Source: Candidatus Daviesbacteria bacterium
Lineage (GTDB): Bacteria; Patescibacteriota; Microgenomatia; Daviesbacterales; UBA10151
Direction: 5' to 3'
Assembly (NCBI GenBank): GCA_016187035.1
Contig: JACPKL010000008.1
Location: 99,990-163,989, forward strand
Length of the DNA: 64,000 nt
Under the pieces are notes generated by a model that was given only the letters and a program-made list of their open reading frames with translations, made no database searches and had not been told where the DNA came from. Numbering within the stretch: position 1 is the stretch's first letter; the number at the start of each line of letters is the position of its first letter. The translations under genes were made by a program, and so were the position numbers. This document shows positions 16,140 through 25,375 of the stretch, one piece after another.

Positions 16140-16550
16140 ATGATAAACATAATTGTTTCTTCAGATCCAAGATATCATGTTAACAAAATAGTTATTAAAT
16201 CAGCTGTGACTCAGGCTTTGTTAAAACACCGAGTCGGAGGAAGAGTAGAAGTTGGGGTGAATATTATTGGCGATCGGAAAATGCACGAACTCAATAAAAA
16301 ATTCCGCGGGATTGATTCCACGACTGATGTTTTATCATTTGCCCTAGAAGATCCACATGTGGATAACTTGCAGCATGTTCCAAGAATTGGTTTTGTAGCA
16401 TCTCCAGATAAATGGTTAAGATTAGGAGATATTGTGATTTCTTATCCTCAGGCTGTAGAAGATGCTTCTCTTGATGGAACTTCTGTTGACGAGGAGATTA
16501 AGATTCTAGTTGAACATGGGGTAAATCATCTATTGGGGATTCACCACTAA
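16140..16550 (+). CDS. ybeY: rRNA maturation endoribonuclease YbeY
   Basis: TDVLSF and zinc motif HGVNHLLGIHH. Confidence 0.85.
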   Translation: MINIIVSSDPRYHVNKIVIKSAVTQALLKHRVGGRVEVGVNIIGDRKMHELNKKFRGIDSTTDVLSFALEDPHVDNLQHVPRIGFVASPDKWLRLGDIVISYPQAVEDASLDGTSVDEEIKILVEHGVNHLLGIHH

Positions 16551-18094
16551 TGGCCGCTTTCTATTTAAAATATCGTCCTCAAAGCTTAAATGATTTAATT
16601 GGTCAGGATCATATAAAAAAAATTATTTTAGGAGCTTTTGCCAAACACCAACTTTCTCATGCTTATCTTTTTGTGGGGCCGAGAGGAACAGGTAAAACAT
16701 CAACAGCTAGAATATTGGCAAAGATGGTGAATTGCGAGAGTCAAATTAAAATGCCATGTAATAAATGTCCTGCATGTTTATCTATAACTGATGGTTCCAA
16801 TCTGGATTTAATTGAGATAGATGCTGCCTCCAACAGAGGTGTTGAGGATATTCGAACTCTGCGAGAAAAAATCAAACTTTCACCAAGTAATGCAAAAAAG
16901 AAGGTCTATATTGTAGATGAATGCCATATGTTAACAACTGAGGCTTTTAATGCTTTTTTAAAAACTCTAGAAGAACCCCCGTCTCACGCACTTTTTATAT
17001 TGGCCACCACAGATGCTGCAAAGTTGCCGCAAACAATTCTGTCTAGAGTCCAAAGATTGGATTTTAGGTTAGCTACACCAGAAGAATTATCACTTGCCTT
17101 AAAGAGGATTACCGCTAATGAAAAAATTGATATTGATGAAGAAGCTTTAAAACTCCTCGTAAAAAAATCAGAAGGTTCTTTTAGAGATGGTATTAAACTT
17201 TTAGATCAAATCTCTACATCTGATGGGAAAATAACGCTTGAGGTTTTAGAAGAGTCTTTAAAAACTTCTAATTTTGATAAGCTTTTGGAACTTATTAAAG
17301 TTTTCTCTGCAAAGGATACTGTTAAAGGATTAACAATAATTTTGCAGGCAACAAAAGAGGGAATAGATATTAAGGATTTAATTATTTCTTTGATGGATAG
17401 TTTGAGAAGTTTGGTCCTGATTACGAATGATTTAGGAGAACAGATGGTAAAGCCTAATATGATGGATGATAAGTACCAAGAATTAGTAAAAGTGTCTGGT
17501 CAATTTACCAATCACCAATTACTTAAAATATTAGATATTTTACAAAAAGCACTAGAGAAACTTAAATTTACTTCCATTCCTTCATTCCCGCTGGAATTAG
17601 CAGTAGTAGAAATTTGCGGGGAAGAAACAAATAAGACGATGGAAGATAGAAAATTGAAAATAGTGGTGGAAGATGGAGGATTGAAAGTTGAAAATAAGCA
17701 AATCGACCCTCTACCCTCTATCCTCAAAGATCCATCGTCTAATGATGATATCTCTAAGCTTAAAGAGAAATGGACTTTTGTTTTAGAAACAATTCGTCCA
17801 TATAATTTCTCTTTAGAAGCATTACTCCGTTCTGCCAGTATTAAAGAGTGTTCTGATGCAACAATCATTATGGAAGTGCCATATTCTTTTCATCAAAGAA
17901 TTTTAGAAGCCCCTAAAAACAGAGATCTTTTGGAAGGGATTTTGTCAGATATATTAGGAAGGGGTATTAGGGTTTCAACAGTGTTAGGAGTGCGTATTCC
18001 AAAAAGAGAAGATATTGCCAATATTGAGGTAGCAGCAGATGATGAAATAATCAGGGCAGCTGCAGAAATTTTTAATAGTGATAGCGTAAATTAA
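16550..18094 (+). CDS. dnaX: DNA polymerase III subunit gamma/tau
   Basis: YRPQ..L.GQ, GPRGTGKTS, Cys module CNKCPACL, DECHML, SRVQRLDF. Confidence 0.9.
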   Translation: MAAFYLKYRPQSLNDLIGQDHIKKIILGAFAKHQLSHAYLFVGPRGTGKTSTARILAKMVNCESQIKMPCNKCPACLSITDGSNLDLIEIDAASNRGVEDIRTLREKIKLSPSNAKKKVYIVDECHMLTTEAFNAFLKTLEEPPSHALFILATTDAAKLPQTILSRVQRLDFRLATPEELSLALKRITANEKIDIDEEALKLLVKKSEGSFRDGIKLLDQISTSDGKITLEVLEESLKTSNFDKLLELIKVFSAKDTVKGLTIILQATKEGIDIKDLIISLMDSLRSLVLITNDLGEQMVKPNMMDDKYQELVKVSGQFTNHQLLKILDILQKALEKLKFTSIPSFPLELAVVEICGEETNKTMEDRKLKIVVEDGGLKVENKQIDPLPSILKDPSSNDDISKLKEKWTFVLETIRPYNFSLEALLRSASIKECSDATIIMEVPYSFHQRILEAPKNRDLLEGILSDILGRGIRVSTVLGVRIPKREDIANIEVAADDEIIRAAAEIFNSDSVN

Positions 18095-18122
18095 AATTCT
18101 GTTATATAATTTCCCCACTACA

Positions 18123-19415
18123 GTGGCATCTAAGATTTTTAAATTAATAGAAGAAGAAGCTCACAGGCAAAAGTATGGTCTGGAGATGATTCCCTCAGAA
18201 AATTATGTTTCAGATGCAGTATTAAAAGCTCTGGGGTCAATTTTAACTAATAAATATTCAGAAGGTTTTCCGCTCAGAAGATATTATGGGGGAAATGAAG
18301 TCATAGATAAAATAGAAACTTATGCTTGTGATTTAGCTAAAAAATTATTTAAAGTTCCACAAGCTTATGTTCAATCTTATTCCGGGTCACCGGCAAACAT
18401 GGCTGTAACTATGGCTGTTTGTGAGCCGGGTGATGTAGTAATGGGGTTATCTTTAGCATCAGGTGGACATTTAACCCATGGTGCTAAGTTAAGTTTTTCC
18501 AGCATTTTCTATAAAGCAGTTAACTATAATGTTAGAGGAGATGACTGGAAAATAGATTTTGATGAGCTTGAGGCTTTAGCCAAAAAACATAAACCAAAAT
18601 TAATTTGGGCCGGTACTACTGCTTATCCTTTTAAATTAGATTATAGAAGATTTAGAAAAATTGCAGATATGGTTGGGGCGACTTTGGTGGCAGATTGTTC
18701 TCACATCACAGGACTGATTATTGCAGGTGTTCATGAGTCCCCAGTTCCATATTGTGATTTAATCATGACAACAACTCATAAAACTTTAAGAGGCCCCAGA
18801 GGAGCCATGATTTTAGTAACTGAGCGGGGTTTTAAAAAAGACCCCGAGATAAAAGGCAAAATAGAACGGGCTATAATTCCTGGTATCCAGGGAGGGCCAC
18901 ATAATCACCAGACAGCAGCTATTGCAGTATCATTAGAAGAGGCTTTAAAACCCTCCTTTAAAAAATACGGTGCACAAATTGCCAAAAATGCTAAGGTTTT
19001 AGCCCAAAGTTTGGGCACTGTTTCAGAAACCCACTTGGTGCTTTTGAGCTTAACTGGTTATGGATATGGTTTGGGATACCAGGCCCAATACGGTTTGGAA
19101 GAGGCAGGTATAACTGTGAATAAAAATACTATTCCCGGGGAGCCGGCTTCTCCTTTCTACCCTTCAGGTATTAGGCTTGGCACTCCTGCTTTAACTTCCA
19201 GAGGAATGAAGGAAAAAGATATGGTCAAAATTGCCTCCTGGATTAAAAGAGTATTGGAAGAAATTCGCGGTTTGGATCTGCCAAAGATGCAGGACATGCG
19301 AAAAGACTTCCTAAGAGAGGTCAAATTAAAGCTTAGAAAGAATAAGAATTTAAAACAAATCAGAAGAGAAGTAGAAAGCTTTGCTGGAAAATTCCCCGTC
19401 CCTGGTATATCATAG
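18123..19415 (+). CDS. glyA: serine hydroxymethyltransferase
   Basis: LEMIPSENY, YSEGFP..RYYGG, PLP-Lys TTTHKTLRGPRG. GTG start. Confidence 0.9.
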   Translation: MASKIFKLIEEEAHRQKYGLEMIPSENYVSDAVLKALGSILTNKYSEGFPLRRYYGGNEVIDKIETYACDLAKKLFKVPQAYVQSYSGSPANMAVTMAVCEPGDVVMGLSLASGGHLTHGAKLSFSSIFYKAVNYNVRGDDWKIDFDELEALAKKHKPKLIWAGTTAYPFKLDYRRFRKIADMVGATLVADCSHITGLIIAGVHESPVPYCDLIMTTTHKTLRGPRGAMILVTERGFKKDPEIKGKIERAIIPGIQGGPHNHQTAAIAVSLEEALKPSFKKYGAQIAKNAKVLAQSLGTVSETHLVLLSLTGYGYGLGYQAQYGLEEAGITVNKNTIPGEPASPFYPSGIRLGTPALTSRGMKEKDMVKIASWIKRVLEEIRGLDLPKMQDMRKDFLREVKLKLRKNKNLKQIRREVESFAGKFPVPGIS

Positions 19416-19419
19416 CTTA

Positions 19420-20220
19420 ATGAAAGTATCTGGTAGAGTAGCAGCAGAGGCAATTTTAAAAAAGTTAGAAAAAGAAATTAAAGAAAAAAATCTTCATCCT
19501 TCTCTGGCTATTATTTTGGCTGGTAATGATTCTTCCTCAAGGATCTATATTAAAAATAAAATTAAATCTGCTGAGAGAATAGGGATAATTGCCAAACTAT
19601 TTGAGTTTTCAGAGAGTCAACTGGAAAAATGTATAGAGACTATTAAAAAATTAAATGAGGATTCTTTGATTTCTGGGATCATTATTCAATATCCAGTTTA
19701 TCCTTCCTGGAATTTTGATGAACTGGAGCAAGCTATAAATCCTCAAAAAGATGTGGATGGATTTAGGGAGGATTCACCATATGCTGGGGCTACTGCTTTG
19801 GCTGTCTGGGAAATGTTAACAGCATTTTCTTTAATTGAGGGTTTTAAAAGAGTAGAAGACTTTTTGAAAGGTAAAAAGATTGTTTTAATCGGGAAGGGTA
19901 AAGCAGCAGGAGGCCCTATTTTTAAACTGCTCACACAAAAAGGATTTACTCCTGAAGTGATAGTAAAAGAAACAGAAAATCCTACACCAATTATTAAGAG
20001 TGGAGATTTAATTATATCTGCAACAGGAGCAAAAAATATTATTAATAAAACTAATTTAAAACCAGGAGCTTATGTGGTAGGGATAGGAACTGGTGATCTT
20101 AATGAAGAAGAAGTTTGCAAAATTGCAAAACTTTATAATCCTAATATTGGAGGCATAGGGCCATTAACAATTGTTTCTCTGCTAAAGAATGTGGTAAAAG
20201 CCTCAGAAAATAAGCTATAA
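19420..20220 (+). CDS. folD: bifunctional methylene-THF dehydrogenase/methenyl-THF cyclohydrolase
   Basis: LAIILAGNDSSSRIYIKNK, KDVDGF, GIGPLTI. ATG 19420 lies just after the glyA stop. Confidence 0.85.
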   Translation: MKVSGRVAAEAILKKLEKEIKEKNLHPSLAIILAGNDSSSRIYIKNKIKSAERIGIIAKLFEFSESQLEKCIETIKKLNEDSLISGIIIQYPVYPSWNFDELEQAINPQKDVDGFREDSPYAGATALAVWEMLTAFSLIEGFKRVEDFLKGKKIVLIGKGKAAGGPIFKLLTQKGFTPEVIVKETENPTPIIKSGDLIISATGAKNIINKTNLKPGAYVVGIGTGDLNEEEVCKIAKLYNPNIGGIGPLTIVSLLKNVVKASENKL

Positions 20221-20244
20221 TATTTTTATTAATAGGAGTGAAAT

Positions 20245-21876
20245 ATGCCTATAGAACAAGAAGCAAACGGATCAGCTGCTAATGATGCAACAAGCTTTCT
20301 TTTAGATGGGGGTGAACCTCAGTCTCCGGGGTTAGGTTTTCAAATTAAAGCTGTAGATAAAATTTGGCAACTGATTGGAAATGGAACCGCGAGTCTTGTC
20401 AGCGTTAGATCTGGTTTTGTTTCTGTTGGTCCTGAATTAGGTAATTTAGGAGGAAGCCCGGCAGTGAGATTTATAGATCACCATCTTACTCTAAAGCTTG
20501 ATATGTACAAACAGGGAAGCGGAGGTTTCTATCAGGCTATACCAGATACAGTTATTCAAAGAAGACTTAGTCAAGTGTCTCCTAATTTGGTTGCTGATGG
20601 AGTAAATATATACTTGGTAACTAAAGCTGGGAGAGAAAGAATTGCTTTTAAGAATACAAATAATGAGTTCATTTATGATCCTGCTTCAAGAGTGGTAACA
20701 AATGCAGAAGAGTTACAAAGACATTTAGATTTAGCAGCCGGAATTTATAAAGCATACGCAACAGCATATTATGAGGTAAATGATTTGAGTGTTCCATCAG
20801 ATCAGCTAATTTTTGATGGGAAATTTTTAGAAGAACAAGAAGCACTTCGAAATAGTGAATCTAATAGTGTTAGACAAGGGGAGTTACCACAGGGAGTTAT
20901 AGTTGCAGAAAAGCCAGATGCTACTTTTGAAGATATTGGGGGTCAAGAAAAAGCAACTGCCATTTGCAAAAGGTTTGCTGAACAATTGCGATATCCGGAG
21001 GTGTTTGCTCTTCAGGGTTCTGAACCTCCCCGAGGAATTTTACTATTTGGTCCTCCTGGTACTGGAAAAACCTTACTTGCTAAAGCAATCGCTAATGGAG
21101 CAGAGGCCAATTTTCTACATGTTGATGCTTCAGATGTAGCCGGGCAAGGACTATATGGACAATCAGAAAGAGATGTAAGAGGAATATTTGATCTGGCTAA
21201 AAAACTTTCAGAAGCTGATGGCAAGCATGTTGTAATTTTTATTGATGAAGGAGACTTACTCTTACCTAGGGCTGGAGGAACAGGAGGAGGGCAACGTCAT
21301 GAAGCTACAGGGAAAACTGTGAGCATTTTTGCCCAGGAAATGGATGGATTAGTATCTTCACGAAAGATTACAGTAATCATATCAACAAATGAGCCACAAA
21401 ATTTAGATCCCAGGATTTTATCAAGAATGGAAGAAAGTGAAGAAGTCCCTTTACCGGATCAAAATGGTTTACAGCAAATATTGCGAATTCACCTTGCTAA
21501 ATTTAATAGAAAAGCGCATAGTGAAATTTTTGACGATGATATTAATCTAGATATACTATCCGAAAAAGCTCGTAGACAAGGATTAAGTGGAAGGGATATT
21601 GCAGATGTTGTTGCCCTACTTGCTCGTCAAAGAGGACAAAGACAACTAACACTTATAGAAGAGGCGATACGACAGGGAAGATTACAGTTACCCCCAGATG
21701 GAGATGAAAAAGCCTTTATAAACGGTATTGCAATTAGTATAGCTAAAGGGGATATAACAGAGGGAGAAGGGTTTATATTACCGCGTGCGACTACAGAAGA
21801 GCTTGGTGCAGTAATAGATAATGCTAAAAGTTTACTAAAAGCTAGACCTGAACGAAATATAGGTTTTAGACAATAA
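20245..21876 (+). CDS. orphan classic-clade AAA ATPase with an unrecognised 230-aa N-terminal domain
   Basis: FEDIGGQEKA, Walker A GPPGTGKT, Walker B VIFIDEGD, second region of homology ..STNEPQNLDPRILSRMEE..PLPD. No TM, protease or second ATPase domain. Confidence 0.7.
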   Translation: MPIEQEANGSAANDATSFLLDGGEPQSPGLGFQIKAVDKIWQLIGNGTASLVSVRSGFVSVGPELGNLGGSPAVRFIDHHLTLKLDMYKQGSGGFYQAIPDTVIQRRLSQVSPNLVADGVNIYLVTKAGRERIAFKNTNNEFIYDPASRVVTNAEELQRHLDLAAGIYKAYATAYYEVNDLSVPSDQLIFDGKFLEEQEALRNSESNSVRQGELPQGVIVAEKPDATFEDIGGQEKATAICKRFAEQLRYPEVFALQGSEPPRGILLFGPPGTGKTLLAKAIANGAEANFLHVDASDVAGQGLYGQSERDVRGIFDLAKKLSEADGKHVVIFIDEGDLLLPRAGGTGGGQRHEATGKTVSIFAQEMDGLVSSRKITVIISTNEPQNLDPRILSRMEESEEVPLPDQNGLQQILRIHLAKFNRKAHSEIFDDDINLDILSEKARRQGLSGRDIADVVALLARQRGQRQLTLIEEAIRQGRLQLPPDGDEKAFINGIAISIAKGDITEGEGFILPRATTEELGAVIDNAKSLLKARPERNIGFRQ

Positions 21877-21918
21877 ATGATAAGCATGATAAAATCTTAC
21901 AAAAGAGGCAAATAGTAT

Positions 21919-22197
21919 ATGGGTTTCATGGATAATTTAAAACAGCTTGGTGATCTTAAGAAAATGAGAGATCAGGCTATGGAAGTGCAAAAAAGACTGG
22001 CTGGTATCAAAATTACCATAGAACATAAAGGAGTGGTGATAGTGATGACAGCAGACCAGAAAGTCCAGTCAATATCAGGCGAGATGGATCCTCAAAAAGT
22101 AACTGAGGCTGTTAATGAAGCATTAAAACAATCCCAAAAAGTAGCAGCTGATGAAATGAAACCACTTATGGGTGGTTTAGGTATGCCGGGGATGTGA
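21919..22197 (+). CDS. ybaB: nucleoid-associated protein YbaB/EbfC
   Basis: ..LKKMRDQAMEVQKRL..GVVIVMTADQKV..I. Precedes recR. Confidence 0.8.
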   Translation: MGFMDNLKQLGDLKKMRDQAMEVQKRLAGIKITIEHKGVVIVMTADQKVQSISGEMDPQKVTEAVNEALKQSQKVAADEMKPLMGGLGMPGM

Positions 22198-22237
22198 CCG
22201 AGTCTTCGAGGTCATCCTGAGCTTGTCGAAGGATCTG
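22198..22237. repeat. repeat type B (GTCATCCTGAGCTTGTCGAAGGATC core)
   Basis: CTTCGA / TCGAAG arms flank GGTCATCCTGAGCTTG. Positions 22214-22230 are the exact reverse complement of 23955-23971 in cysS. Confidence 0.75.
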
Positions 22238-22262
22238 TTTTAATGGTAATATCTGCTTTACC

Positions 22263-22862
22263 ATGGCAGCACAGATTCCCAAATCTATCCAGAATTTAAT
22301 TGAGGCTTTTGAGAGGTTACCTGGGATAGGTCCCAAGACTGCCCAGAGGTTAACTTTTTATTTACTCCATGCTCCAATTGAAGAAGCCAGAAACTTAGCT
22401 CAGGCTGCTACTGCGATGAAAGAAAAAACCATACTTTGTTCTATTTGCTTTAATATTGGAGAGCAGGACCCTTGTAATATTTGTGCAGATTACAGTCGCG
22501 ACAAAACAATTATCATGGTGGTAGAAAACCCGCTTGATGTTCTAGCTTTGGAAAAAGCTAATTTTAAGGGTTTATATCATGTATTGCATGGAGTAATTTC
22601 CCCTTTAGAGAATATCGGCCCTGATGAAATTCATATCAGAGAGCTTTTACCCAGGCTTAAAGATGGGGTGGTTAAAGAGCTTATTTTAGCTACCAACCCT
22701 ACTATGGAAGGGGAAGCAACAGCCATGTATATGCAAAGGTTAATTTCTCCTTTGGGAGTTAAAGTAACTAGAATTGCCAGAGGATTGCCTGTTGGATCTG
22801 ATATAGAGTATGCTGATGAGACAACCTTATCCAGGGCACTTGAAGGAAGAAAGGAATTTTAG
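22263..22862 (+). CDS. recR: recombination protein RecR
   Basis: LPGIGPKTAQRLTFYLL HhH, a Cys4 zinc finger, and a Toprim segment. Confidence 0.9.
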   Translation: MAAQIPKSIQNLIEAFERLPGIGPKTAQRLTFYLLHAPIEEARNLAQAATAMKEKTILCSICFNIGEQDPCNICADYSRDKTIIMVVENPLDVLALEKANFKGLYHVLHGVISPLENIGPDEIHIRELLPRLKDGVVKELILATNPTMEGEATAMYMQRLISPLGVKVTRIARGLPVGSDIEYADETTLSRALEGRKEF

Positions 22863-22875
22863 CTAAGATAATTAC

Positions 22876-23247
22876 ATGAAGAGTACTCTTTTAGAAGTTG
22901 CTAAAGATGTTAAAGATGCAGTAGGAGAAATGATCGAGCAGGGAGTTCAAAGTGTCGCTGCACCGCAGCTTACTCCCAAGCAAATCCAGCAAAAGCAAGG
23001 AGAAGATCAAAAACAAATATTAGAGGCCAGAAGAAAAATAGCCTGGTATCAAAAAATAGATGAAGAGCAAAAAAAGGTGAGAGCCCAAAGTCAACAAAAA
23101 GAAGCTCAAAGGTTGCAGTCTGAGCAGCGTCAAGAACAGGCAGAGGTACAACAAACTCAAATCAAACAAGTCCAAAAACAAGCTACTCCTGAGGAAGTTT
23201 TAAGAACCCAGATTGAACGCAAAGCTGGTAAAGGATTAGGCGGATGA
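22876..23247 (+). CDS. hypothetical Gln/Glu/Lys-rich coiled-coil protein
   Basis: ORF only. Low-complexity Q-rich sequence. ATGA overlap with cysS. Confidence 0.4.
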   Translation: MKSTLLEVAKDVKDAVGEMIEQGVQSVAAPQLTPKQIQQKQGEDQKQILEARRKIAWYQKIDEEQKKVRAQSQQKEAQRLQSEQRQEQAEVQQTQIKQVQKQATPEEVLRTQIERKAGKGLGG

Positions 23248-24698
23248 AACTGTATAATACCTTGACTCGAAAAATAGAAAATTTTACTCCCATAAAACCG
23301 TCTTATGTAGGCATGTATACCTGTGGGCCTACAGTATATGACTATACCCATATTGGTCATCTTCGAAAGTATGTTGGTGATGATATTTTAAGAAGGATTT
23401 TAGAAGCCAATGGATATTCAGTTAAACATGTGATGAATATTACAGATGTGGGACATCTTGTTTCAGATCAGGACCAGGGAGATGATAAATTGGAGAAAGG
23501 TGCCAAGGAAAGAGGCCAGACTGTTTGGGAAGTTGCTAAATATTTTGAGGATTATTTTTTTAGATCAACTAAACTTGTAAATATTGAAAGGCCATCAGTT
23601 GTATGTCGTGCTACAGAGCATATAGGAGAACAGATTAAATTAATTCAAAAATTAGAAGAAAAAGGTTTTACTTACCAAACTGAAGAAGCTATTTATTTTG
23701 ATATTTCTAAATTCCCACATTACGGAAAATTGTCTGGGCAAGATTTGAAAGAGAAACAAACTGGGGTTAGAGGAGATGTAGTAGTGGATCCTAACAAGAA
23801 AAACCCTCAAGACTTTGCTTTGTGGTTTTTTGTGGTAGGAAGGTTTGTAACGCATAGTATGAGATGGGCTTCTCCTTGGGGTGAGGGGTTTCCCGGCTGG
23901 CATATTGAGTGTTCTGCCATGTCAATGGAATATTTAGGGAATAGTTTTGATCCATTCGACAAGCTCAGGATCAATGGTGAGCAAACCCGTACTGAGCGAA
24001 GTCGAAGTAGTCGAACCATTGATATACATACAGGAGGAATAGATCATATTCCGGTTCACCATACTAATGAGATTGCCCAGTCAGAGGCAGCTTCCGGAAA
24101 AATGTTTGTTAGAGTTTGGGTGCACCATAATTTTTTAATAGTAGATGGAGAGAAGATGTCTAAATCAAAAAAGAACTTTTATAGAATTGATGAAATTTTA
24201 TCCAAAGGCTTTGATCCTTTAGCCTTGAGGTATCTGTTTTTAACAGCTCACTATAGGGATAGCTTAAATTTTACCTGGAAATCTTTAGAAAGCACTCAGA
24301 ATGCTTTAAACAATTTGAGAGAAGAGATTAGGTTGTGGGAGCAGCCTAAAGGGAGTGTCGGACAATATTGGCAGAAGTTTGCCGAGGCTGCTAATAATGA
24401 CCTGAATACCCCTCAGGCAGTGGCAATTATGTGGGAGATGGTTAAATCAGATATCCCAACGTTTCAAAAGAGCAAAGATCTTGCAAAGATGGATGAAATA
24501 TTAGGGTTAGGGCTGCAGGATTTTATTGGCCAAAAGATTGAAGTGCCAAAGGAAGTTATGGAACTGGTGAATATTAGAGAAACTGTAAGGAAAAAAGGAG
24601 ATTATAAAGAGTCGGATAAACTGCGCCATCAGATTAAAAAGTTAGGCTTTGAAGTAGAAGATACCCCATCTGGTCCAAAAGTCAAACAAAGTGTATAA
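23244..24698 (+). CDS. cysS: cysteinyl-tRNA synthetase carrying a 24-codon in-frame insertion
   Basis: HIGH region (YDYTHIGHLR), WHIECSAMS, HHTNEIAQSEA, KMSKS. The canonical LG..FDIHGGG block is split as LGNSFD[24 aa]IHTGG. Confidence 0.9.
   Translation: MKLYNTLTRKIENFTPIKPSYVGMYTCGPTVYDYTHIGHLRKYVGDDILRRILEANGYSVKHVMNITDVGHLVSDQDQGDDKLEKGAKERGQTVWEVAKYFEDYFFRSTKLVNIERPSVVCRATEHIGEQIKLIQKLEEKGFTYQTEEAIYFDISKFPHYGKLSGQDLKEKQTGVRGDVVVDPNKKNPQDFALWFFVVGRFVTHSMRWASPWGEGFPGWHIECSAMSMEYLGNSFDPFDKLRINGEQTRTERSRSSRTIDIHTGGIDHIPVHHTNEIAQSEAASGKMFVRVWVHHNFLIVDGEKMSKSKKNFYRIDEILSKGFDPLALRYLFLTAHYRDSLNFTWKSLESTQNALNNLREEIRLWEQPKGSVGQYWQKFAEAANNDLNTPQAVAIMWEMVKSDIPTFQKSKDLAKMDEILGLGLQDFIGQKIEVPKEVMELVNIRETVRKKGDYKESDKLRHQIKKLGFEVEDTPSGPKVKQSV
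23952..24023. repeat. 72-nt palindromic mini-element (type B-related) inserted in frame in cysS
   Basis: Flanked by TTGAT at 23947-23951 and 24019-24023. Internal inverted repeat TTCGACAAGCTCAGGA / TACTGAGCGAAGTCGAA. 17-nt exact match (reverse complement) to 22214-22230. Confidence 0.8.
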
Positions 24699-24712
24699 TT
24701 ACGTTTTAGTTA

Positions 24713-25375
24713 ATGAATACAAATATCATTACCATTGATGGTCCGACATCTAGCGGCAAAAATAGTGTCGGATTTTTACTTTCTCAAAAATTAGGCTACC
24801 AATATATTGATACAGGTATGATTTATCGGGTAGGTACTTATTTAGTGCTAAAACAGAATATAAATCTTAATGATGTTTTACAAATAACTGGTATATTTAA
24901 AGATCTAAACTTAGAAATCAAAAAGAGCAATGGAGGTTTAATAATCCTTAATAATGGGGCAGATTTGACAAGCCAGTTACACTCTAAAGAAGTGACTGAT
25001 GCAGTATCTAAGGTGGCAGCTTACAAAGAAGTCAGGGAAGTGACTAAGCTGATCCAAAGAAAATTAGGTGTTTTAGAAAACACAGTCATGACAGGAAGGG
25101 ATATTGGTTCAGAGATTTTTCCGGAAGCTAAGCATAAATTTTACCTGACAGCTGATGTAAAGGTAAGGGCAAAGAGAAGGTTTGACCAGCTAGTAAAATT
25201 AGATTCTACTGTGCAATATGAAGATGTATTAAACTCCATGATTGAACGGGATAAAAAAGATTCTATCAGAGAGGTTTCTCCTTTAAGGATTCCGGAGGGA
25301 GCAGTAGTGATAGATAATACTAGTTTAAATATTGAGCAGACTGTTTCAGAGGTGTTAAAACACATTCATGTTTAA
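24713..25375 (+). CDS. cmk: cytidylate kinase
   Basis: ITIDGPTSSGKNSVG..LGYQYIDTGMIYR. Confidence 0.85.
   Translation: MNTNIITIDGPTSSGKNSVGFLLSQKLGYQYIDTGMIYRVGTYLVLKQNINLNDVLQITGIFKDLNLEIKKSNGGLIILNNGADLTSQLHSKEVTDAVSKVAAYKEVREVTKLIQRKLGVLENTVMTGRDIGSEIFPEAKHKFYLTADVKVRAKRRFDQLVKLDSTVQYEDVLNSMIERDKKDSIREVSPLRIPEGAVVIDNTSLNIEQTVSEVLKHIHV

Noticed and set aside
17642-17695. 27-nt tandem duplication (EDRKLKIVV / EDGGLKVEN) in the dnaX linker
   Set aside because: It is a local low-complexity duplication in the non-conserved tau linker and is not palindromic or dispersed.
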